64,000 nucleotides of DNA, taken from contig CAWGVG010000027.1 in NCBI GenBank assembly GCA_963825865.1, positions 1 through 64,000 of the forward strand, given 5' to 3'. The position numbers and the translations under genes were made by a program. Shown one piece after another: positions 54,276-63,781 of the stretch (its first letter is position 1; each line of letters starts with the position of its first letter). This DNA comes from an uncultured Nitrososphaeraceae archaeon (GTDB lineage: Archaea > Thermoproteota > Nitrososphaeria > Nitrososphaerales > Nitrososphaeraceae). A model generated the notes under the pieces. That model was not told where the DNA came from. It did no database searches and saw only the letters and a list, made by a program, of their open reading frames with translations.

Positions 54276-54545
54276 TGTCTATGTCTTCATTATGTCTTAT
54301 TTTTTATACTGACTGTTAGGTTCTGCTCCCGATGATTATTTGGCTTAATTGCATTGTTTTATTAAACCTCTCTAACATATCCTCAGTATTTGATTCCTAA
54401 AATAGATAATGATATTTTTGTTTAATATGCAAAAATTATAATTTGACATTTTAAAGATTATTATTTGTTAATAGCAGTGAAGTATAGACCAGTTAACAAA
54501 TCATGATCACTTAACTTGTCCTAATATTAAAAATATATTGATATA

Positions 54546-55307
54546 GTGATAAAACTATCCGTAGTCCTGACATTTTATATAACGGTTAAGTTTCTGTCTA
54601 CGACTACACACATGAAAAGGAAAAAAAGATCTCGAAGTATAAAAGATAAGGATATAAACGTAAATAAAGATTATAGTAATAGCAATAAACATGTTATGAA
54701 CGGTACCACTAGTAAAATATCTTCTTTATTGCAAAAACCGATAACAAAAATAGAAGATGAAGGAAAGACCGTTACAGAAGTTTTTGACACCTCAATGTCA
54801 AGGTATGAAGCAATAACAGAAATGAAAGAATCAATAGCAACATCAACAAGTATTCAAGAAATAGATAAAAATAAAAATAAAACACTCTCTAATACTCAAA
54901 AGGAAGGACTGATAAACCCTGAAATGGTATTAGGTATCACTCCTTCGAATAATAATAATAATGACAATGTGTATACTAATTTTCCAACTGCACCTCCTGC
55001 GATAATAGAAGAACCAACCTCCGATATTACCAAACCAAAACAAGCAAAAGGAGAGAGAGAATTAGAAACTCAGGCATACAAAAAAATAAAAAATCAAGAG
55101 GATCATAGAAATGAGAATTTGAGCAATCCTGATTCATATATGAATGGTATGGATTTGTGGCAACGTACTGCATTAACCTGGATTAATGCGTACAATGAAT
55201 TTGTTAGAAATGCTGAAAGAATGAATGAATATTGGTTTAACCTCTTGGGCAGACCTTGGATAAGAGAACAAAAAAATGCTAGTAGCAAGAAAATAAGGGC
55301 AGAATAA
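54546..55307 (+). CDS. Hypothetical low-complexity protein with C-terminal amphipathic helix
   Basis: Disordered N-terminal part; MDLWQRTALTWINAYNEFVRNAERMNEYWFNLL. Confidence 0.55.
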   Translation: MIKLSVVLTFYITVKFLSTTTHMKRKKRSRSIKDKDINVNKDYSNSNKHVMNGTTSKISSLLQKPITKIEDEGKTVTEVFDTSMSRYEAITEMKESIATSTSIQEIDKNKNKTLSNTQKEGLINPEMVLGITPSNNNNNDNVYTNFPTAPPAIIEEPTSDITKPKQAKGERELETQAYKKIKNQEDHRNENLSNPDSYMNGMDLWQRTALTWINAYNEFVRNAERMNEYWFNLLGRPWIREQKNASSKKIRAE

Positions 55308-55762
55308 TGTTGAAAAAAATTTAGGCTTAAGAAGGTAATGACAACCACTGTTATAGTATTTATTTTCTTATATATTCGAAGTAGTGCGAATTATAATCTC
55401 ATTATTTCCGAATATATTAATAAGAACGAATAGCGTAAATATGGAGCATAACATATGATGATGACTATTATGATCCTTGAATCAAATGTCATCTACTTGA
55501 AAAGTCCAATTTTCTACTTGGAGGTTCTTTGCAGTTTTTTGATTGTTCCACAACAAGAGACAAATAAAAAAAGAGAGGAGATCAGAGAACAAGATGAATG
55601 CGAAGAATAAAACTAAGAAGGAAAAGAAACGTAGATGGGATGCAATCCTGATAGGAATTGGAATGGTAATAGGTTTCTCTATCATAATTATGAAGATTAC
55701 TGGTTATTGGCCTTGTCATATCGTGAGCGCTCTGCAAATCAAGCAAATATCTTGTAACAAGT

Positions 55763-56776
55763 CTATACAAGAAAATGTGTCTTCGATATTACATTGGATT
55801 CAGCAACAGCAGATGAAATTCTTTCCTCATTTCTTATTATAATTTCTTCAAAGTATCTAATTACAGTAATCTCTGAAACCTTAGGTAATAGGATTTCTTT
55901 TCCATATGTCATATCCAGTATCATTGCAGGAAAGTTGGCTCCCGCCAAAGTTGTAAATATTGTCCCTCCCCCAAACCGTGGATTAATTTCTATTAGCTTT
56001 ATTACGCCGTCTGAAGACTCTTTCATTTGAATACAGCAGGGACCTCTAATTCCAACATGTTCTGCAATTTTCATACAATTCATTTCCAAATCTGGATCTC
56101 GTATGATTCTTCCTTTTGTGGAAATACCTGCTTTTGTTTGTATTCTGATTCTAGGTACTGCAATTAATGGTTTTTTGTTCAAATCAGAAAGCACATCTAT
56201 GGTATATTCCTTTCCGGGGAGAAATTCTTGAAAAATCATGTTATCAAACTTTGACACTATGTATTTGAGTTCGGATTCATCTTCAATTTTGATAACGTCA
56301 CGACTTCCCTTTCCAAACTGTGGTTTTGAAATAACTGGGAATGCTTTTATCTTTTCCGGATCTGCCGTTGTAAAGGGAAGTTCAAATTTATTTTTGGAAA
56401 GATTTTGATATGTTAACGTTTTATCGCGACAAATTTCTAATGTACTTCTATCGCTTACAATCGCCTGAGCTCCCATCTCTGCAAGCTTGTCACGGTTTTC
56501 ACTATATGGGTAAATATCAAAACCTGATGTTGGCATTAAAACTTTAACCTTGTGCATCTTTACAATTTCAAAGAGCTTATCAACAAAAGAGTGATGAATA
56601 GCCTCAGGAATCACTTCGCTAGCGTCAGCCATGAAGAAACCTGCAGATAAAGGACTAGAGTCAGTAGCTACAATTTTTCCGTCAAAGTTTGCCATCTTCA
56701 ATGATTTTATAACGTTTATTCCTGCAGGACCAGAAGCGCCAGGAATAAGGACTGTCGATAACATAGCTCTACGCAA
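55763..56776 (-). CDS. ATP-grasp ligase (second paralog)
   Basis: VLIPGASGPAG, CRDK, KPQFGKGSR, QEFLPGKEYTID and IEINPRFGGG. Confidence 0.9.
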   Translation of the reverse strand: MRRAMLSTVLIPGASGPAGINVIKSLKMANFDGKIVATDSSPLSAGFFMADASEVIPEAIHHSFVDKLFEIVKMHKVKVLMPTSGFDIYPYSENRDKLAEMGAQAIVSDRSTLEICRDKTLTYQNLSKNKFELPFTTADPEKIKAFPVISKPQFGKGSRDVIKIEDESELKYIVSKFDNMIFQEFLPGKEYTIDVLSDLNKKPLIAVPRIRIQTKAGISTKGRIIRDPDLEMNCMKIAEHVGIRGPCCIQMKESSDGVIKLIEINPRFGGGTIFTTLAGANFPAMILDMTYGKEILLPKVSEITVIRYFEEIIIRNEERISSAVAESNVISKTHFLV

Positions 56777-56874
56777 AGGGCATGACCATTTCTTATTAGA
56801 TTAATAATAATATAAACATTCATGAAATATCGAGTGAAATTTTTAATAATAAAAAGTTCTTATTAATATATAAA

Positions 56875-57501
56875 TTGAATATTAAGGAAGATTATCACGT
56901 GCATTGCAATTACAATGATCATTCCGCACATGATCTTACTATCGAGAATGTGTTAATACGCTCCGAAGAAATTGGTTTACAAACTTTGGCTTTTACTGAA
57001 CATGTTAGAAAAACTTCAGATTGGATCCCCGCCTATCTTAGAGAAATAGAATCATATGGGAACAAAAATAATTCTCGTCTGAGAATTATTCCAGGATTTG
57101 AGGCAAAGATCCTAGTAGATGGTTCTATTAATTGTCCTGAACAATATAGTAAAAATTACTTTTTGATAGCAAGTTTTCATAATTTATATGGTTGCAAGCA
57201 AGTTTGGATTAATGCGCTAAAAAAAGCGATCGAAAATCCAGATGTAAATGTGATAGGCCATATAGCACCAGAACCGACATTCACACTTGGGGATAGTGAA
57301 GTTGATGCATTGGCTTCTCTAATTGTAAAAAACAAAAAAATAGTCGAGCTTAATGCAAAGTACTGTAGACCTCCGCCAGAGTGGATACTTATTTTCAAGA
57401 AAAAGGGAGTAAAATTTCATTTGGGTAGTGATGCACACTCCTTGCAGCAAATAGGCCAATTTGAAAAAATTTCAGATCTGATTTCCCTGGCCGATGGTTG
57501 A
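56875..57501 (+). CDS. PHP-domain hydrolase/phosphatase
   Basis: DYHVHCNYNDH, FTEH, GFE, ASFH, IGH, ELN and GSDAH. Confidence 0.9.
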   Translation: MNIKEDYHVHCNYNDHSAHDLTIENVLIRSEEIGLQTLAFTEHVRKTSDWIPAYLREIESYGNKNNSRLRIIPGFEAKILVDGSINCPEQYSKNYFLIASFHNLYGCKQVWINALKKAIENPDVNVIGHIAPEPTFTLGDSEVDALASLIVKNKKIVELNAKYCRPPPEWILIFKKKGVKFHLGSDAHSLQQIGQFEKISDLISLADG

Positions 57502-57624
57502 GAAGTATATGTAACAAGAACCCCAGACCTTAAAAATTAAAGTATGTCATGCAGCAATTACTTTCAAAAGTCATTCCGGTACCCTATGCTGATATTTTTA
57601 CCAAGAAAGGGCTTGCGATCCCTA

Positions 57625-58642
57625 TTAATCACATTTCTTCTTACCAAATATTGTTCCTGCCTGAATTATAGAATTACTGGGAACTTGTCTTCCTGGCAGA
57701 GTTATTACAGAAGCACCGATTGCGCAATTATTACCAACTACGGCACCAAAGTGATTTGTACCTGTATCAACAAGTCGACCATTTAGCTCATACCTTATGT
57801 TTTGCTGGTTTAACAACACATTTGCAGTTCCCGAATATCCTCCAAACCAGACATGTTGTCCTATTATGCTATCAAGTATTACATTTTGATGCGCCATTTT
57901 ATCACAGCCTGCAAAATATGATCTAGCGATTTCGCAATTAAATCCGATTCTTGTTTTCTCGCCTAGCATGCAATTTCTAATAAGCGAACTCATGCCAATA
58001 AAGCTGCCTTTGCCAATGTATGTAGGTCCTTTTATCTTGCAAAAGTCATCAATTGTAACTCCATCTTCAATTATACATGGTCCTTCAATTATGCTTGATT
58101 TAGCAATTGATGCGTTTGGGGAAATCCTTGTTTCTCTTATATTCTCATAAAGTACTTTTTGGATAATTTTTAAAAAATCCCAGGGATAGACAACAGAATC
58201 TATTAGAAAAGATGCTCTTTCTAACGAATAATGAATAAATGTGTTTAAAGGAACTTCAAACTTACCTTCTTTATTGAGTGTTCTGACTTCATTGCTATTT
58301 ATCAGATAGTCATGAGAAGCAGTCATAGTAGCGGTAGCAATAGCAGCAATTGAGAGCTTGTCTTTATTGCCATTATTGTTATTATTATTAATAGAAGAAG
58401 AACAAGAAGAAGAAGATTGCTCTACATCAATAGAAGGAAAGTTTTCTTCAATTAGTTTAACTGCATCAGGAGATTCGTTTGGTACTATGATCTTGTCAAT
58501 ATCTAGAATTTCCTTTGCTACCCGCACATTTCTGACAATTAGTGGCTGTCCAAATACTTTTAGTGAAGTTGCAGGGCAATCACTACAGTCTGTCATAAGG
58601 GATTGAAGGTGATGGATTGAGTTACGAAAGACCAGCTCGCAT
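57625..58642 (-). CDS. GlmU-like protein: degenerate nucleotidyltransferase N-terminus plus left-handed beta-helix acyltransferase domain
   Basis: LKVFGQPL remnant, YPWDFL, hexapeptide repeats, LDSIIG and FGAVVG. Likely ATG at 58642 with one indel. Confidence 0.8.
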
Positions 58643-59451
58643 TTTATATGTGTTAACTTAGTTAATCAACATTTAAGTAGATTTAGTAAACGAATATGAT
58701 AATAATTACTTAGTATATGCTGGGTATACTTTATGTAGGAAGTTATGAATGTAACAGGACATAATGCTCATATAATAAAAATATTCCAAGTTTACTTGGT
58801 ATAAATTTTTCTACAGCGTAAAACCATTACTATTTTTGCTAGATATGTTATCTACTGTTTAATAGAAACTGCAATGCTTATTAAAATCAAAGAAAAAACA
58901 TTGGTATCCTTGTAACTTACTTTAAGGATGAAAATTTAGGGAAGGAAAACCAGTCTACAAGTGGATAAAAGGTATCTGTAAGCCGTGGTATATGTTTTAA
59001 ACTTATTCTTAACTGCTATCGCGAACCCAGCGAATAATAAAAAGGTCGAGTAAGTACAACAGTTTTAAAAATGGGATATCCCTTATAAGAATATTCTAAA
59101 GAACATTTATCACAAATCAATGGTATCTTTATTGATTCTTCTGCTGACATTAAGAACACAGAAGATAATAGCAAATTATAATAGGTTACAGATAGTATTA
59201 CTACCATATCTGAGATTGATTAATTCATTTGTGAGCTCATAATTATCCATGATATCAAATACAATTGTTACAAGTTTAAACTATCGTAAATAAACATATG
59301 AGAAATTTCAACATCGGTTTTTGATGCTATATATGAATAGGTTTTTCAGATATTTCTGACAGAATTCATTCAATCGCTTGATATAAAAAATAAGAAATGA
59401 CCTTCTGTAATAATTTTTCAGAATATAAAAAACTAATGAGGAGATAGATGA

Positions 59452-60123
59452 TTGTTAGGATCAATGAAAAATAGCAATAAAACTACGGTTTTAACAATGG
59501 TAGTATCGTTACTAGTCGCTTTTGTGCTAGTAATGAGTGGACCTGAAGGGAGTATGATGATAAACAGCAATTATGTCTATGCCAAATCATCAGGAGGAGG
59601 CGGCGGAGGATCAAGTGGTGGAGGCGGCGGTGGAGGTAGCAGCGGTGGCGGTAGTAGCGGTGGCAGTAAAGGTGGCGGTAGTAGCGGAGATTCAAAAAGT
59701 TCTGGTTCTGATTCTGGCGGTAGCAGTAAAAAAAGCATAGGTAATAATGGCGATGATCTAAACGACGATGACCACGGTCCACCATCAGCACCAGGCAATG
59801 ATTTACCAGGAAACGATAGAACAAAAAATTCAGATCCGATAATCAAGACTCTAGGAAATCCATGTCATCCAGTCAACAGATGCACACCAAAAACAGATCA
59901 TTTCCCCCGTTTCCATGACCATGACCATCATGATCACGGCGATGTAAGAGTAATACAAAAGACCGTAGTAGTTCATGACAGAGATAACAACCAACAAACA
60001 ATACTGTTAAACACCAATACACAAACAGGCACTTGTTTTGTATCTTCACAGGAAGTGGTAAATGTGCCAGACTTAGTTACACAATTGCTAAACCAATGCA
60101 CTTCTGTAACTATAACGCCTTAA
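59452..60123 (+). CDS. Secreted Gly/Ser-rich, His/Asp-tract protein
   Basis: Signal-like hydrophobic segment ending VYA, (G)nSS linkers, HDHDHHDH and four Cys. Confidence 0.7.
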   Translation: MLGSMKNSNKTTVLTMVVSLLVAFVLVMSGPEGSMMINSNYVYAKSSGGGGGGSSGGGGGGGSSGGGSSGGSKGGGSSGDSKSSGSDSGGSSKKSIGNNGDDLNDDDHGPPSAPGNDLPGNDRTKNSDPIIKTLGNPCHPVNRCTPKTDHFPRFHDHDHHDHGDVRVIQKTVVVHDRDNNQQTILLNTNTQTGTCFVSSQEVVNVPDLVTQLLNQCTSVTITP

Positions 60124-60127
60124 CTAA

Positions 60128-60142
60128 TCTTTCTTTTTTTTT
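60128..60142 (+). terminator. Oligo-T archaeal terminator
   Basis: TCTTTCTTTTTTTTT immediately after the stop codon. Confidence 0.45.
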
Positions 60143-60556
60143 GCTAGAATAGCATAACATAACGTTCTCTTGTTTGGTAAAGATATCTGCTAATTTGAGA
60201 AAACAAAACAACTTTTATTAACTTCTCTCCTCTCTAACTAAACCAGTAAATAACTATTGGTTTCTTCTTTTTCAGTTAAGCATTACGTTAGGCGAAGTGG
60301 TCGCTGGGAATATATCAGCTACTATGATTCTAATAACAACTTTCGAGGTAATGCGATCTTTCCATCAAGAGAGCAAGCAGAGAAATATCTCGAGTCATAC
60401 TAGGCAAAGATGAATAGCAGATTAAACGTATATGGAAAACAAATAACTGCCTCTTCTCTTGACAAAAAACTTCTCTTGAAAGTGTTTAATGATGATGATG
60501 ATGAAGATAAGAGCACTAGAGTTAATTAACTGGAGAAAAGTAAGTTATCATCATCG

Positions 60557-60790
60557 GTGATTAGTCATTTGGGTTGTAAAGGCATATGTAATAGATATCA
60601 AACAAATAAGCCGTTTCTCTATGGTAGTAGAAGCCGTTATTCTATGGGACAACGTCGCTGCCAAATCTGCCAGATATTCATAAATTATAATGATAGTGTG
60701 TACTGTCCCTGCTGTCACTCCAAGCTCAGGATGCGTCCACGGAACAATGATGATAGGCAGAAGTTATTAATCGGTATCATTAGGTTTTAA
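60557..60790 (+). CDS. Small Cys-rich zinc-finger protein
   Basis: CKGICNRY, RRCQICQIFI and CPCCHSKLR.RPR. Confidence 0.7.
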   Translation: MISHLGCKGICNRYQTNKPFLYGSRSRYSMGQRRCQICQIFINYNDSVYCPCCHSKLRMRPRNNDDRQKLLIGIIRF

Positions 60791-61388
60791 CAATTAACAT
60801 TAACTAATTAACTAACTAACAAAAGTATAGTTAGTGTTACCAACGCATAGTAACATTATACTTCAGTTCCTGTGCAAAAGATGTTATGAGATATACTATC
60901 CTTTAGATAGATTGAAAACTGAAGAGAGAGATAGATGGGGATTGGGTAGGTAGGTCGAAGGAAGGCTTAACTTGGTAGTAAGTTAATACTGATTTATCAT
61001 ATAGGATTTACCGCTGACTCATATCACATAACTATCGATAATATCAATGGTGTAGGAGTTACCCATTTACCTGTTATTAGTACGATTCAATTATAACTAG
61101 ATTATAGGTAGAAGGGACAATCGTTATTATTATTAATCATCGAAAGTCTTCACAACCTTTCTGCTAATGCAACAGCAGGCAGCAGTTGTAGTAATTGAGA
61201 TGATGCTGTTGATTTGGACAACATGGCCAAATCATGATCTATCAGCAGTTAAGAAACAGCTAAATTTGGAGTCTGTAGCCTCCTCTCTAAATCAGAGTGA
61301 GTAATAAAACTACATCATCGTCGTCGTCTACTAATTTTGCTACAGCTACTACAGCTACCACCGCAACCAACTAACTCATCGCAACTAA

Positions 61389-61967
61389 CTAATAATTGCC
61401 TTCTAGTAGTAGATAATACTCAATTGGGTGAGGCGGTGCAACTATAGCGTTATTATCTTTATAACGTTGCTCAAGTTCTCTATGCTTTTGAATGACTTCT
61501 GAATCCTCTATTCTTCCAGTTTCAGGGTAAAATCTGCATTCTGGTATACAACTCGGGTCAGTAAATTGGTTACAACCTTGTCCATCATATCCTCTATGAG
61601 GAACTCTTACATACCAACTCGTAGGATGTGAATACCAATGTTTTTTTCCATGTTGGTATCTTTCTTCTGGTGATACCTTGAGTTGTTGTCTTAAGGACCA
61701 GTCTAGCTCTTCTTGAGTTATAGTATCGTAAACATCTTCACAAGTTATGCCAACTGCAGGAGCCGTTTTCTTACATCTAGCATGTCTGTAATCAGCAAAT
61801 CTATGAGGTTCACCGTTTCGCTGGGTTTCAATATCGTCTAATTCTTGCTGAGTAGTAGTTGTTTTATTACTAATAATAACGTCCCATTTTGATATAGGAG
61901 AGGACCCATGTATCAGATTATCAACACGCTTTGTTAAAGCTGCTAGAGTTTTATCTAAGTTCTTCAA
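61389..61967 (-). CDS. Hypothetical protein with Cys cluster
   Basis: 192-aa ORF with C.QFTDPSCIPECRFY; follows the HTH gene directly. Confidence 0.6.
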   Translation of the reverse strand: MKNLDKTLAALTKRVDNLIHGSSPISKWDVIISNKTTTTQQELDDIETQRNGEPHRFADYRHARCKKTAPAVGITCEDVYDTITQEELDWSLRQQLKVSPEERYQHGKKHWYSHPTSWYVRVPHRGYDGQGCNQFTDPSCIPECRFYPETGRIEDSEVIQKHRELEQRYKDNNAIVAPPHPIEYYLLLEGNY

Positions 61968-62092
61968 TTTGATGTTATCGAGATATTTGATTTGTTGTAG
62001 TAGTTAATTGCTGATGCTGTTGTTGATTTTTTTGTCTTTGTATCTGGTTTTCAATTTCTGTTAATTTCTCTTCCAAACTTTGCACATACATA

Positions 62093-63138
62093 AGATCTCT
62101 TGCGTAATTAGGAGCTATAGTCTAACACCCTACTTGTTTTAGCCGTCTTCTTAGATTGAAATGCTGTCAGACTGTATAACTCTGAAGTTCAGGAGACCGG
62201 ATATTATATCAGATACGTTATTGTACTTCCTTAATCTGTTTCTAAATTTAGTACCCATTATTCCAAACTTTTTGATTCTACATATGGTATGTTCTACTAT
62301 GATCCTTAGCCTAGAATGATTCTTGTTGTAAGTTCTTTCATCACATGAAAGCAATGTACCCTTTTTCTTTTTGATACGAAGTACAGACTTTACAGTGGGA
62401 AAGTCCTTTTCAATGCCAAGATAACCAAGATCAACTATGTTTTCAACTTGTGATGGAGTTATAGAATGATTGTGTTTGTAAATGTCATAATCATGTTTTC
62501 TTCCACTTCTGTGACCTGTCTTATGCAGTATCAATCCTTCACTGTTTACCATCAATTGTGTCTTGACAGTATGTTTCTTCTTTCTACCTGAATAGTAACT
62601 CTTCCTTCTTCTTTTGTTCTTAGGTCTTGGAATTTCTTGTTCTGTAGAGTCTATGAAAGCCTTGAATCCAGGAAAGTACTCTTCTACTTCATCTATAGTT
62701 CTTAATCTCCTAGTACGTTTGTATATCTTCTTTGGCAATGGAATACACTCCTTGATAAGTGGTTCCATCATTGATATATCTCTACAAACATTGCTTTGAT
62801 CAAGGTCAAACAGAAATCCTGATAATGTATATGTAATGTATAATCTGTAGTATACTAGAAGCATAACGAATCTTTCTTTAACTTTAAGCTTAAATGGTCT
62901 ACCAGCACCTATATCCCGTATTCTCGTCCTTGATAGAAGACGTCTTCTTTCGTGCTCTTCGTAGTTATGTTCAATTTCGTTACAAATGGATTCAAATTCA
63001 GATACAGTTACTCCGGTAAATGACCTGAATATCAAAGGTTTCTTACATAATTTGCTATAGGACATCAAAGAGCTTGTCAGATAGATATCCTATGTGAAGA
63101 GGAATATAGCTCTAAGCTTCTAATTACACAAGAGATCT
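62093..63138 (-). mobile_element. IS5-family (ISL2/HARBI1-like) insertion sequence
   Basis: 24-bp TIR AGATCTCTTG(C/T)GTAATTAG(G/A)AGCT and 3-bp TSD ATA. Confidence 0.9.
62151..63068 (-). CDS. DDE_Tnp_4-type transposase, intact
   Basis: FRSFTG, GAGRPFKL, IDSTEQ, YYSGRKKKHTVK, HD, DLGY.G and R..VEH.I. Confidence 0.92.
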   Translation of the reverse strand: MMSYSKLCKKPLIFRSFTGVTVSEFESICNEIEHNYEEHERRRLLSRTRIRDIGAGRPFKLKVKERFVMLLVYYRLYITYTLSGFLFDLDQSNVCRDISMMEPLIKECIPLPKKIYKRTRRLRTIDEVEEYFPGFKAFIDSTEQEIPRPKNKRRRKSYYSGRKKKHTVKTQLMVNSEGLILHKTGHRSGRKHDYDIYKHNHSITPSQVENIVDLGYLGIEKDFPTVKSVLRIKKKKGTLLSCDERTYNKNHSRLRIIVEHTICRIKKFGIMGTKFRNRLRKYNNVSDIISGLLNFRVIQSDSISI

Positions 63139-63583
63139 ATAATAGATGGACCTTCTGATAATAGACGAAATGTATCTACGTTTGCTTCTTTAATTACCTT
63201 CAAGGCCATGAGTTTATACATATCATTATTACTCGAGTTAAAAATTGACCAGGCTTCTTTGATAACTTCCTGAATACCACCTAGACTTTTCTCATACATA
63301 AAAGGTAACGTCTCTTTTGCTAAATCAGTTAAGAACTTTTGAGACTGTGAAGTTAGATATTGGATATCTCTAGTAACGGTAGAGTGATCTACACCTAATT
63401 CTACAGGCAGCATCATATGACCTCAGACCTTTAACCAAAAGTAACCATAGTTTATGTCTGCGTTCGTTAATGATAGCTTGTGTGTTTTTACCCATAGCGA
63501 TTAAACAACAACCCTCCCTCTATCTATTTCCTCTAATACCTCATATATTTACACATAAACTTAATAATTTATTGCAATGCTTT

Positions 63584-63781
63584 TTAAAGAAAACCGTCAG
63601 TTGATAGAATACGTCGAATTACTTCATTATCCTTCTTTCTGAACCTTCTGATATATTGGCTCTGCTTTCTTATACTACCCCAACGTAGCAACCCACCGCA
63701 ATACCCGCCGAACCACTCTTCTTGTTGTGGTGGTAAAAAACTGTTGGGTTTGATGTTGTTATTATTATTTGTATTTGACAT
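63584..63781 (-). CDS. Small hypothetical protein
   Basis: 65-aa ORF co-oriented with neighbouring genes. Confidence 0.4.
   Translation of the reverse strand: MSNTNNNNNIKPNSFLPPQQEEWFGGYCGGLLRWGSIRKQSQYIRRFRKKDNEVIRRILSTDGFL

Larger units (their letters stand above)
61975..63495 (-). pseudogene. HTH protein gene disrupted by IS insertion
   Basis: Removing the IS and one TSD restores ...LLSEGPSI|MYVQSLEEKLTEIENQ...*. N-terminus ERRHKLW...ELGVDHSTVTRDIQYL is an HTH. Confidence 0.78.

Noticed and set aside
55543-55842. Plus-strand ORF with one hydrophobic helix
   Set aside because: It overlaps the ATP-grasp 3' end by 80 bp. It may be a real small membrane protein, but support is insufficient.
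50897-56776. Pyrrolysine biosynthesis suggested by PylC-like ATP-grasp proteins
   Set aside because: No pylS/pylB/pylD or tRNA-Pyl, and the ORF breaks are frameshifts rather than in-frame TAG codons.
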